A DNA stretch of 32,000 nucleotides, taken from the NCBI GenBank assembly GCA_016432445.1, contig CP066689.1, positions 240,001 to 272,000 on the forward strand, given 5' to 3'. The notes under the pieces are model-generated. The model worked only from the letters and a program-made list of their open reading frames with translations. It did not search any database and was not told the DNA's origin. This document shows positions 23,342 to 32,000 of this stretch, piece after piece (position 1 is the stretch's first letter; the number at the start of each line of letters is the position of its first letter). The position numbers were made by a program, and so were the translations under genes. Source of the stretch: Candidatus Saccharimonadota bacterium. Its GTDB lineage: Bacteria; Patescibacteriota; Microgenomatia; UBA1406; GWC2-37-13.

Positions 23342-24796
23342 TTACTTAAAGTCTGTACCAAAGATAATGATAATGTCGGCTGCAGATTCCTCATCAAGTG
23401 AAGTTGTGATTTTAGGAGAAGTAACTGAGTCTTTTAAATCTTCTTTGATTATTGGCGCTAAATTGGCTTTGCTTTTTTTAATCTCAATTTCTGTAGTTTC
23501 AAAATCAAAGTTATCGGCATTATCCGTTAAAATTTCTCCATAACCTTTTTCGGTTAAAAGATCTTTTACTTGCGAAGCTTTACCTCGGGCGCCGGATCCA
23601 TTTAATACTTTTACTTTAAGTTCTTGTTTGTTAACTTGGGGAAGAGTGGGCGTTGGGGTGGGTGGCAAAACAGTTGGTGTTGGGGTAGGTTTTGATAAAA
23701 AGCTTATTTGTTTAAAAGGATTATTGTCATTCATTCGTGAAACAGCATAAAAAGCTAAAAAGGAAAGAATAAACGAGATTATAAAAATAAAAATTTCTTT
23801 TTTTGGAATACTTAGCTTTGAATTTTGAAGAGATGAGGCAGATAGATTAGAGTATCTCTTCTTAAGTAAAGTAAAAATTTTGTTTTCCAGAGAAAAGATA
23901 AAAGTCCCGATACAAACATCATATTGTAGTAAAGGGAGAGTTTTATCGGATGGGATGATAAATATCTTAAGATAATCTTGATAAAAATGAGGAATAATAC
24001 GTTTTAAAGGATTAGTCCAAACTCCGACATTTTTAGTAAAAGTATCTTGTCTTATGCTGTCAGAATTTTCTCCGGAAAGAATTAAACGGTTTATTTTTTT
24101 TCCTTGCTTTTCATATTCTGTAGTTTTTTCACGTATTATCTCTTCAATTGATGATTTTTCATCAATTTCTGTTTGCCATAGGACTTCATCTACAGGTCCA
24201 TATGAATCATATAAATATCCTAATAACTGATCTTTTTCATAAGTGATATATAAAATATTTTCTTTTTTTTCTTTTCGTAAAGTTTTTTCAAATAACTTAA
24301 AATAAGCCAGTGATTCAGGAATAATATTAACCACTTTAAGATCAACTAGCGATAAAGCTTCCTGATAAGAGTGGAATAAATCTTTTTCAAGAGCGAAAAA
24401 AATTATTTTTTTTTGTTTTTCGTTATCCTGTATTAAATAATCAAATAAATAATTTTCTAAATCTTTGGCAATATTAGCGCGCGCCTTATCTAAAACGAAA
24501 GAATTCATGGCTGAAGGAGCAATATCTGCAGGTATATCCACTCTTAAAAATTGAAAGCTTATTTGAGGAAGGATTAAATAAACATCTTTATCTTTTATGC
24601 CTGATGGAGTGATAGAAGACAGCGCTTCTTTTATTGCTGAGGCTATTAAGTCAATATTTTTTATAGCTCCTTTTTCATCAATAAAATCCACGCCGCTATG
24701 CTTTTTTTCATAAAAAGCGCTTTCATATTGACCTAGAAGTGTTTTTTTAACATACAAAAGCTTAATTTGATTCTGGTGTAAAAATAAATACAGCAT
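23342..24796 (-). CDS. Membrane protein with PilM/FtsA-like N-terminal region, one TM helix, Pro/Thr linker and C-terminal LytR_C-like domain
   Basis: The N-terminal ~310 aa follow a PilM-like pattern by eye. TM helix IFIFIISFILSFLAFYAV. Linker PTPTPTVLPPTPTPTLP. C-terminus KVKVLNGSGARGKASQVKDLLTEKGY matches the LytR_C pattern. Confidence 0.55.
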   Translation of the reverse strand: MLYLFLHQNQIKLLYVKKTLLGQYESAFYEKKHSGVDFIDEKGAIKNIDLIASAIKEALSSITPSGIKDKDVYLILPQISFQFLRVDIPADIAPSAMNSFVLDKARANIAKDLENYLFDYLIQDNEKQKKIIFFALEKDLFHSYQEALSLVDLKVVNIIPESLAYFKLFEKTLRKEKKENILYITYEKDQLLGYLYDSYGPVDEVLWQTEIDEKSSIEEIIREKTTEYEKQGKKINRLILSGENSDSIRQDTFTKNVGVWTNPLKRIIPHFYQDYLKIFIIPSDKTLPLLQYDVCIGTFIFSLENKIFTLLKKRYSNLSASSLQNSKLSIPKKEIFIFIISFILSFLAFYAVSRMNDNNPFKQISFLSKPTPTPTVLPPTPTPTLPQVNKQELKVKVLNGSGARGKASQVKDLLTEKGYGEILTDNADNFDFETTEIEIKKSKANLAPIIKEDLKDSVTSPKITTSLDEESAADIIIIFGTDFK

Positions 24797-24844
24797 TAAT
24801 TCAATTATAATAAAGATTAAAGAAAGTAAACAGGTATTTTAGAT

Positions 24845-24895
24845 AAATCCAAAATCCAAATGTCAAATGTCAAAAATTAAATTTTATTTTGATAG
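24845..24895. repeat. AT-rich repeat element, copy C (shorter or truncated) in a divergent promoter region
   Basis: AAATCCAAAATCCAAATGTCAAATGTCAAAA, with the exact 16-mer at 24852..24867. Confidence 0.65.
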
Positions 24896-24916
24896 GACAA
24901 GTGATACAATCTCTGT

Positions 24917-26680
24917 GTGGAACCGCAAATTGAGGAAATAAAAAAAAGGATTGATATTATTGAGTTTTTAGGCAATTATATTTCGTTAAAAAGAACAGGT
25001 AGAAATTTTAAAGGTCTTTGTCCCTTTCATAACGAAAAAACCGCTTCATTTGTAGTTTCCCCAGAACGCCAAATCTGGCACTGTTTTGGCTCATGTGGAA
25101 TAGGTGGCGATGTAATTTCATTTTTAATGAAATGGGAAAATATAACATTTTCTGAAGCACTAACTGAACTTGCCGAAAAAACAGGAATAAAGTTAAAAAG
25201 AGTTCAGTTTGAAGATAAAGAATGGCAGATAAAACAAAGGATGATTCAGTTAAATTCTTTGACTTGTGATTATTTTGAATACTTACTTAACAATACTGAT
25301 TTAGGCAAAAGAACAAGAGAATATCTGGATTTAAGAAAAACTGACTCTAAAATTGCTAAAAAATTTCATTTAGGCTACGCTCCTTCTTCTTGGGATTCTT
25401 TACTTACTTTCTTAAAGAAAAAAAAATATACAGTGGAGGAGATTTATAAAGCAGGTCTTATAGTTAAAAATAGTAAAGGAAATTATTATGATCGGTTTCG
25501 AGGAAGAGTAATGTTTCCTATAAGAGATGCCAGAGGTAATGTCATTGGATTTTCAGGACGATTATTAGATTCTGACATAAAAGAAGCTAAATATATAAAT
25601 ACACCTGAAACTCTTCTTTATCATAAGCGTGAAACTCTTTATGGTATTGATTTAGCAAAAGAGGCAATTAAAAAAAAAGAAAATGCATTGCTTGTTGAAG
25701 GAGAGTTTGATGTCATAAGTTTACATCAATATGGAATAGAAAACGCTGTTGCCATAAAAGGTTCAGCTGTTACTAAAGAACAGTTGCTTCTTCTTAAAAG
25801 ATATACGCCTCGAATTATTCTTTCACTAGATGCCGACTCTGCCGGAGAGGAAGCAATAAAAAGAGGAATAGAGGAAGGAGAAGATACAGAATTAGATATA
25901 AGCGTTGTTCACTTTGAGGGAGGGAAAGATCCGGATGAAGCTGTTCACACTGATCTACAGGCTTTTAAAAAAAATTTAGAAAAGACGATCCCTATTTTTG
26001 ATTTCTTAATAAATTTTTTTCAGAAAAAATATCCTGATAATACGCCTTTTTCAAAGAAAAAAATTGGTGAAGAAATAATTCCTTTTCTATCAAAAGTAAA
26101 GAATCCTATTATTCAGTCTTACTATATGAAAAGATTAGCTGAGATACTGCAAGTAAGTGAGGAAAGTATTTCCGAGACATTAAAAAAAGAAAAATTTAGA
26201 AAAAAAACAAAATTTTTATATATTAAAAAACAAAATGAAAATATTTTTGATAGAGTCGATATTCTTCAAAAATATTTAGTAAGCGTTATGCTGCAAAGTG
26301 ATAATGCTTATGACATTTCGGAGAAGATTTTTACAGTGCTTACACCTAATGATTTTATAATTCGGTCATTAAAAAAAATTTGTGAAGCTTTCTTAAAGTT
26401 TAAAAAAACTCATTCTCAAAAATTTGACTTTAATTTATTTATTCACGATCTACCTCAAGAACTGCGGGCAATGGGCGAGGAGGTATATCTTATTGGTTCA
26501 AGCGAATGGGGATTTAATATGATTAAGATTGACAGACTCATACTCGAGGTTAAAAGATATATTTTAAAGAAAAGAATATCAGAGTTGCTAGAGATTGAAA
26601 ATAATTCTGAAAAAGAAAAAGAACTGCTTTTGGCGGCCACTGCCCTTAAAGAAGTAGAAAAAAAGCTTTCTTTAGGGTAA
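24917..26680 (+). CDS. dnaG: DNA primase
   Basis: CHC2 zinc finger [22 protein letters not shown] and [28 protein letters not shown] is the only in-frame start (TGA at 24902..24904). Confidence 0.93.
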   Translation: MEPQIEEIKKRIDIIEFLGNYISLKRTGRNFKGLCPFHNEKTASFVVSPERQIWHCFGSCGIGGDVISFLMKWENITFSEALTELAEKTGIKLKRVQFEDKEWQIKQRMIQLNSLTCDYFEYLLNNTDLGKRTREYLDLRKTDSKIAKKFHLGYAPSSWDSLLTFLKKKKYTVEEIYKAGLIVKNSKGNYYDRFRGRVMFPIRDARGNVIGFSGRLLDSDIKEAKYINTPETLLYHKRETLYGIDLAKEAIKKKENALLVEGEFDVISLHQYGIENAVAIKGSAVTKEQLLLLKRYTPRIILSLDADSAGEEAIKRGIEEGEDTELDISVVHFEGGKDPDEAVHTDLQAFKKNLEKTIPIFDFLINFFQKKYPDNTPFSKKKIGEEIIPFLSKVKNPIIQSYYMKRLAEILQVSEESISETLKKEKFRKKTKFLYIKKQNENIFDRVDILQKYLVSVMLQSDNAYDISEKIFTVLTPNDFIIRSLKKICEAFLKFKKTHSQKFDFNLFIHDLPQELRAMGEEVYLIGSSEWGFNMIKIDRLILEVKRYILKKRISELLEIENNSEKEKELLLAATALKEVEKKLSLG

Positions 26681-26694
26681 AATATAGTGTTTAT

Positions 26695-27783
26695 ATGAAA
26701 CAAAAATTCCCCAAATCCATAAAGGAACTTATTCAACAAGGTGAAGAAGATGGTTTTTTGGTACAGGATGACATTCTTCTCTTATATCCAGAGCCTGAGA
26801 AGCATATTAATGAGATTGATGATTTTTTTGAAGCAGTTTTTAAAAAAGGAATAGACATTTTTGAAACAATCTCAACCAGAGAAGAAGTAGAAGCCCAGAA
26901 ATCCACTGAAGAAATGGAGAAGGAGCTTGAGCAATTAGTAAGCCTAAAACATGGAGAGTCATTAGATCCAATAAAGAAATATTTAAAAGAAATAGGTAAA
27001 ACTCCGCTTTTGACTTTTGAAGAAGAAATACAGCTTGCTAAAAAATATGAAAAAGGTGATGAACAAGCAAAAGAAAAGCTTATTAAGGCTAATTTAAGAT
27101 TGGTAGTTTCTATTGCTAAAAAATATTTAGGAAGAAGATTATCTTTTCTGGATCTTATACAAGAGGGAAATAAAGGTTTGATAAGAGGAGTTGAAAAATA
27201 TGACTGGAGACGCGGATACAAGTTTTCTACCTATGCCACTTGGTGGATAAGACAAGCTATAACTAGAGCTATTGCGGATCAGTCAAGAACAATAAGAATT
27301 CCTGTTCACATGGTTGATCAAATTAATAGGTTCTATAAAACCCAGCGGCGACTGACTCAGAAACTTGGTCGGGAGCCATCAGTTAAAGAAATTTCTAAAG
27401 AAATGCAGATCTCAATTGAGGAAGTTGAGAATCTAATGAAAATTTCTCAACAGCCTAAATCTCTATCAACTCCTGTTGGAGATGATAAAGAAGCAACTCT
27501 AGAACAATTTGTGGCTGATCAGGCTCAACCCTCACTTTATGACAAAGTTTCAAGAGAATTATTAAAAGATGCTCTTCAAAAGGTCTTAGAAACATTATCG
27601 CCGCGGGAGAGAAAAGTGCTGATTATGCGCTTTGGACTTGAAGATGGTAAACCTAAGACTTTGGAGGAAGTTGGAAAAGAGTTTAAAGTCACAAGAGAAA
27701 GAATCAGGCAAATTGAGGCTAAAGCAATAAGAAAACTTAAACATCCCACCCGCGCCCGCAAGCTTAAAGACTTCCTGGAGTAA
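26695..27783 (+). CDS. rpoD: RNA polymerase primary sigma factor (sigma-70 family)
   Basis: Regions 1.2, 2 ([41 protein letters not shown]), 3 and 4.2 are all present. The dnaG-rpoD order is conserved. Confidence 0.93.
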   Translation: MKQKFPKSIKELIQQGEEDGFLVQDDILLLYPEPEKHINEIDDFFEAVFKKGIDIFETISTREEVEAQKSTEEMEKELEQLVSLKHGESLDPIKKYLKEIGKTPLLTFEEEIQLAKKYEKGDEQAKEKLIKANLRLVVSIAKKYLGRRLSFLDLIQEGNKGLIRGVEKYDWRRGYKFSTYATWWIRQAITRAIADQSRTIRIPVHMVDQINRFYKTQRRLTQKLGREPSVKEISKEMQISIEEVENLMKISQQPKSLSTPVGDDKEATLEQFVADQAQPSLYDKVSRELLKDALQKVLETLSPRERKVLIMRFGLEDGKPKTLEEVGKEFKVTRERIRQIEAKAIRKLKHPTRARKLKDFLE

Positions 27784-27851
27784 TATTTCCTTAACTTTGT
27801 AGACTATAATCCATTGCTTATGTATATTTATATTTGTTATTTTGGTTTAAT

Positions 27852-28070
27852 ATGAAAGGTAATTATTTTTATAGAAGATTAGGTAATAGGGTTACTCTTG
27901 AAAGAAGAAGAAAAAAATTATCTCAAGAACAATTAGCAGAATCGGCAGAGATAGACCGTACTTATCTGGCTCGAATAGAAGAAGGAAAAGCAAACCCTTC
28001 AATTAAAGTTTTGAACAAAATTTCAGCAAAACTTAAAATTAAAGTTGCAGATTTACTAAAAGGAGTATAA
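27852..28070 (+). CDS. XRE-family helix-turn-helix transcriptional regulator
   Basis: LSQEQLAESAEIDRTYLARIEEGKANPSIKVL is a canonical HTH_XRE. ATG at 27852 is preferred over the in-frame TTG at 27834. Confidence 0.8.
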   Translation: MKGNYFYRRLGNRVTLERRRKKLSQEQLAESAEIDRTYLARIEEGKANPSIKVLNKISAKLKIKVADLLKGV

Positions 28071-28077
28071 TCTTAAA

Positions 28078-28740
28078 ATGGTTCAGAAACTGACTCCTTT
28101 GCATAAAGCGCTTAATCTTTGGGCAGTGATTCTTATTATATGGAGTGTTTACAGAGCTTATTTCAGAACGGATCTACCTATTTGGATAGATGAGTTTATT
28201 GCTAAGCCTTTAGTTTTTATTCTGCCTATTTATATTTATATTTCTAGATTTGAAAAAAAGAATTTTTTTGAAGACATAGGTTTAAAATTAAACAACTTAG
28301 TCTCAAATATTGTTTTGGGAGTGGGGATTGGATTAGTATTTTTTATAAGTGGAGGATTAGGGCTTATATTAAAATCTAAAGATGTATTTTCAGTATTTAA
28401 TAACTTAGGTTTTTACTCAATTATTTTTTTCTTTACTATTTCATTAGTTACCAGTATTTCTGAAGAAGTACTTTCTAGAGGATTTGTTCTTAAAAGAATG
28501 TATGAAGACTCTAAGAACATGTTTACTGCGATTTTTCTTTCAAGCATTCTTTTTTTCTTTTTGCATGTGCCGATATTGTTTGCTAGCGACAAGATGACTG
28601 GTTTTCTATTATTGCGGGTAATGTTTAGTGATCTTATCTTAAGCCTGGCAGTTTCTTTTATCTATCTTGAAAAAAGAAATCTGACATTACCTATTGCTAT
28701 TCATTCCTTTTACAACCTTAGTCTTTATTTTTTTTTGTAG
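28078..28740 (+). CDS. CPBP family (CAAX/Abi) intramembrane metalloprotease
   Basis: Motif 1 SEEVLSRGF (EExxxR), motif 2 FFFLHVP (FxxxH), motif 3 AIHSFYN (HxxxN). Multi-TM protein. Confidence 0.8.
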   Translation: MVQKLTPLHKALNLWAVILIIWSVYRAYFRTDLPIWIDEFIAKPLVFILPIYIYISRFEKKNFFEDIGLKLNNLVSNIVLGVGIGLVFFISGGLGLILKSKDVFSVFNNLGFYSIIFFFTISLVTSISEEVLSRGFVLKRMYEDSKNMFTAIFLSSILFFFLHVPILFASDKMTGFLLLRVMFSDLILSLAVSFIYLEKRNLTLPIAIHSFYNLSLYFFL

Positions 28741-30349
28741 GATTTTCATAAATCCAAAACATATCTTCAGTACCTACTTTGATCTTTTTTATTCTTGATA
28801 AATCTACTTGATTATCATTTTCATAAAAATTGAAATCATCAGGAAAACCAATATTTACCTCATTCTTTAGATTTCGAGGATCCTTAAAAGAAAAATTAAA
28901 TTTATCAAAACTTTCTATTTGTCCGAAACCGTATTGGTCGGGTATAGAAAGGACCGCTTGTTTTTGGTATTTTTGAGGCGCGTAATTAAGATAAAAAAGC
29001 AAAAAAATATAGGGCTGTCCATTTTTTTTAGTGATGTTGAAATTGTCAAATTTTTCATAATTATCCTTTATATACTGAGCCAGTTCTTTATAACCGCATT
29101 GCCACGATTTAATAGTCAAAGCTTTTTTAGGATAATGAAAAATATAAGAGTCCCAGCTTATTCCCAGGAAGAATAAAAATATTACACCAATTGAGCCTGA
29201 TAAGATCACTAAAGATTTTTTATATTTGAAAAATGAGTTTAAAAAATTAAATAATCCGTAAGCTGAAATAATTATTGAAGGTACTAGAAAAAAAAGTGAT
29301 CGAGTTAAAGAGATATCAGCCCATGAAAGTGAAGCGGTGAGGGGGGCAATTATAAAAAGTCCAGTTAAAAGATATCTGTAAGACTGTTTATTTTTAAAAA
29401 GGTAGTAAAGACCAATAAATATAAACAGATACTCTATTGGAGTCATTAAAGATGCCCCGTTAAAACCAAACCTTGGATTTTCATCTCCATTTGAAATAAA
29501 AAATTGTGGAGAATAGTAATTAAGATGCTGAAAAACAATCTCTTTTATTCCCTGAGCATATTCATTGTAAAAAAGCTTGATTCCTCCCTCCGTCTTTAGT
29601 TCATTTATGTTTAAGGAAAAGCCTTGATTGTTAAAAAATAAAAGATTTTTTACACGAGTTGGATTATAAATAACATCAGTTAGCATAAATGCGCCCAGTA
29701 CAAAAACAAAAATAAGAATAAATAATTTTTTGTTTATCTTTTTAAAGATTTGAGTAATTAAAGCTACGCCCAAGAAAAAAAAGGCAAAAAGTCTGGAGGG
29801 ATGATAACTAAAAAGCGCTAAAGAAATAAAAAGAAAAAAAAGAAGAGTATTTCTAATTGATTGATTTTTTAAGGTTTTGATTAAAAAAAGAAGAGCTAAA
29901 GAAATTAAAAAAGTTGTTAGGTAGGCTTCATGGGCATGCCGGCCGACTATGTGAAGTCCTAAGGATACAGAAGACAAAAATGACGCCAAAAGAGAAACAG
30001 TCATGTTTTTGAATATTTCCCGAGATAAAAAGAAAATAGTTATAGGGAATAAAAAAGCGACAAATGAATTAAGAGCTCTAACGCTGCCCTCATTTAATCC
30101 GGAAATAGCTATAAAAGGAATTGATAAATAAGAATAAAGAGGCATTTTATAATCACCAAAAGATTTAAGCCGTAAAGGTAAAAAATTACCATACTCATCT
30201 TTTCCTGTTTTTAAAATTGAGTAAGAATTATACCCAAAAGCGGCTTCATCAGCGTTTAAACAAGGAGGAGCATTACTTTGTCTGTAAATATTTAAAAATA
30301 GAGATAAAGCAGAAATAAAAATCAGAATAACTATGATTTGTTTATTCAT
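28718..30349 (-). CDS. Polytopic lipid-carrier-dependent glycosyltransferase (GT39/GT83, ArnT/PMT-like)
   Basis: First-loop motif NADEAAFGYNSYSILKTGKDEYG, at least 10 TM helices, soluble C-terminal domain. Confidence 0.75.
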   Translation of the reverse strand: MNKQIIVILIFISALSLFLNIYRQSNAPPCLNADEAAFGYNSYSILKTGKDEYGNFLPLRLKSFGDYKMPLYSYLSIPFIAISGLNEGSVRALNSFVAFLFPITIFFLSREIFKNMTVSLLASFLSSVSLGLHIVGRHAHEAYLTTFLISLALLFLIKTLKNQSIRNTLLFFLFISLALFSYHPSRLFAFFFLGVALITQIFKKINKKLFILIFVFVLGAFMLTDVIYNPTRVKNLLFFNNQGFSLNINELKTEGGIKLFYNEYAQGIKEIVFQHLNYYSPQFFISNGDENPRFGFNGASLMTPIEYLFIFIGLYYLFKNKQSYRYLLTGLFIIAPLTASLSWADISLTRSLFFLVPSIIISAYGLFNFLNSFFKYKKSLVILSGSIGVIFLFFLGISWDSYIFHYPKKALTIKSWQCGYKELAQYIKDNYEKFDNFNITKKNGQPYIFLLFYLNYAPQKYQKQAVLSIPDQYGFGQIESFDKFNFSFKDPRNLKNEVNIGFPDDFNFYENDNQVDLSRIKKIKVGTEDMFWIYENPTKKNKD

Positions 30350-31241
30350 AGAAGCGCTTTAGAATTTTTTCATCATTTATTATAAACGTTTTTTTATTAG
30401 AAGAGCGGCGCTGAAATACAAGATTTAGTTTAGATAAAGCTTTAAAAAAACCTCTTGAAAAAGAGAATTCTCTTTTAATTAAAAAATAAATAATATTGGG
30501 GAAAAGAAAAAATAGATGAGAAAATAATAATTTTATATCAGTAATATTTTTCCAAATAAAAAGGATTTGATTGCGGTAAGAAATAGTTTTGATAGTTTGG
30601 GATGAAAAATATTTGCCAATTGTGGATTCATGATGATGTTCAACGATAACGTTTGGATCAAATATAACCTCATAGCCGCTTTTCCAGGCACGATAAGAAA
30701 GATCAATATCCTCCCAGTAAAAAGGAGCATAAATCTGGTCAAAACCTCCAAGTCTGAGGAATTTATCTTTATCTATAAGACATGCCCCTCCTTCGGCCCA
30801 GGCATTGTATCCATAATTAAGATCTGCTGCTTTTTGATGGCGCATTAAACCTGCTTTCCAAAAGAGTTTATTTTTACCAACAATTTTGCCACCTTTTTCT
30901 TTTTGAGCAAAGCTTATGGCAAATAATAATTCGTTCTTTTCAAAGGATGATATTGGAAATTTAAAACGGGCGTTAGATAAAATGACATCGCTGTTAAGAA
31001 GCATAATATATTTATTTTTAGCAACGCCTGCTCCGCGGTTTACAGTTAATCCAAACCCTAGGTTCTTTGCATTTTGGATTAAGATAATTTCTTTAAATTC
31101 ACGTAAATCTTTATTTAGATTTTCTTGAGGATAATCGTTGACAATTATTACTTCACATCCTTCAAGATAGGTCAGATTATGCCTCAAATTTTTTATGAGC
31201 TGTTCTTTATTTTTATAGGTGGGAATAATTACTGAAATCAT
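30342..31241 (-). CDS. Family 2 glycosyltransferase
   Basis: ISVIIPTYKN, VIIVNDYP, LNSDV and GGFDQ..FYWEDIDLSYR motifs. Confidence 0.85.
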   Translation of the reverse strand: MISVIIPTYKNKEQLIKNLRHNLTYLEGCEVIIVNDYPQENLNKDLREFKEIILIQNAKNLGFGLTVNRGAGVAKNKYIMLLNSDVILSNARFKFPISSFEKNELLFAISFAQKEKGGKIVGKNKLFWKAGLMRHQKAADLNYGYNAWAEGGACLIDKDKFLRLGGFDQIYAPFYWEDIDLSYRAWKSGYEVIFDPNVIVEHHHESTIGKYFSSQTIKTISYRNQILFIWKNITDIKLLFSHLFFLFPNIIYFLIKREFSFSRGFFKALSKLNLVFQRRSSNKKTFIINDEKILKRFYE

Positions 31242-32000
31242 ATTTTTAAAACAACTTCTTTTACCTTTTCTTTAAAAATTGAGTAATTAAATTTGCTTTT
31301 GATAAAATCTTTGGCGTTTTTTTGGATATCGCTCATTAATATTTTATTTTCAATAACTTCATTCATCTTATTCTCTAACTCGTTTAAATCATTAAATAAA
31401 AAACCATTTTTTCCTTCATTGATAATTTCTTTAGGCCCTCCGGCATTGAAACAAAAAGTGATACAGCCCATGCTCATTGCTTCCATTGGGGTTATTCCCA
31501 AGTGTTCTACAAGATGAGGATTTATTTCCTCATTAACCATGTGACCAGTGAAATGCCAATAGATTAAAGATTTCTTGTACAAATCAAAAAGCTCTGTGTG
31601 TGAGATATTGGTTTTTAAAATAATTGAGTCATCGTGACCGATAATATTTTCAAGTTCTTTTAAATAATTTTTATCTTCTTGTTTTAGTCCTCCCGCAAGA
31701 ATAAGTTTGTAATCTTTAAACTTGGGATTATCATGTTTTAATGATCTGAAAGCGTTTATTATTACATCTTGTTTTTTGGAATGCAAATGTTTAAAAAACC
31801 GTCCAACGGATAAAATAATTTTTTCTTTTGGTATATTATTAATTGAAAGATTAAGATAATCTTCATCTAAAAAAGGATAGATGACCTGTGAATTAATCTT
31901 CCATCTCTTAAGCCAGTCATGGGTAAACTGAGAGTTAGCTATAAATTTGTAGTTTAATGTTTTTAATCTGTTAACTGTATTCATCTCATACAAATTTTTT
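31238..32000 (-). CDS. GT4-family (GT-B) glycosyltransferase, C-terminal part (5' end outside window)
   Basis: The frame is open to the window edge. EHLGITPMEAMSMGC..GGPKEII..GKNGFLF is the GT4 E-x7-E region. Confidence 0.8.
   Translation of the reverse strand, partial: KNLYEMNTVNRLKTLNYKFIANSQFTHDWLKRWKINSQVIYPFLDEDYLNLSINNIPKEKIILSVGRFFKHLHSKKQDVIINAFRSLKHDNPKFKDYKLILAGGLKQEDKNYLKELENIIGHDDSIILKTNISHTELFDLYKKSLIYWHFTGHMVNEEINPHLVEHLGITPMEAMSMGCITFCFNAGGPKEIINEGKNGFLFNDLNELENKMNEVIENKILMSDIQKNAKDFIKSKFNYSIFKEKVKEVVLKI

Noticed and set aside
26455-27761. Minus-strand ORFs 26455..26739, 26733..27221 and 27576..27761 overlapping dnaG and rpoD
   Set aside because: They are antisense to strongly conserved dnaG and rpoD coding sequence. 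Their Ser/Phe-rich low-complexity products show no motifs.
15004-31517. Remaining short shadow ORFs from the track (15004..15231, 16821..17015, 16951..17145, 20731..20931, 20949..21146, 22716..22907, 23114..23305, 28919..29176, 30533..30751, 30630..30848, 30916..31128, 31293..31517)
   Set aside because: Each is nested in or antisense to a longer ORF with clear family motifs. Their compositions are low-complexity, and none has independent support.

Overview
Visibly AT-rich (roughly one-third G+C by eye, not computed), very gene-dense bacterial chromosomal segment with short or overlapping gene junctions. Content is mostly core. Plus strand, left end: the 3' part of recF, tRNA-Ser(CGA), two small cupin genes and a short MscS-like channel. 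A dinB-like Y-family polymerase and a metallophosphoesterase lie on the minus strand. The minus strand then carries rpoB-rpoC-rpsL-rpsG-fusA. Upstream of rpoB is an envelope/surface gene run: YtxH-like, DUF948-like, sugar nucleotidyltransferase, small membrane protein, CAP domain, VanZ-like, lamin-tail-domain protein. Next come a division module (small membrane protein, ftsE, ftsX, coiled-coil cysteine peptidase), prfB and a PilM-like/LytR_C membrane protein. The right end holds dnaG-rpoD, an XRE-CPBP pair and a GT4-GT2-GT39 glycosyltransferase block. TGA is used as a stop and RF2 is present, so the standard bacterial code applies. The protein repertoire and compactness suggest a small-genome, CPR/Patescibacteria-like organism; this is inference only. 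No rRNA, CRISPR array, transposase, integrase or phage genes were seen, and I found no clear self-contained novel multi-gene system. The non-routine signals are: (1) two related 28-nt GC-rich palindromes bracketing dinB; (2) an AT-rich inverted-repeat element family with three copies sharing an exact 16-mer, plus a heptamer-array hairpin after ftsX; (3) an ftsEX-linked coiled-coil hydrolase with a C39-like cysteine peptidase domain; (4) native S12 and RpoB residues at classic streptomycin and rifampicin resistance positions; (5) recurrent -10 boxes 6-8 nt before start codons, suggesting leaderless mRNAs; (6) a promoter-then-terminator leader before rpoB; (7) a 41-codon relic of a four-helix-bundle protein gene upstream of prfB.
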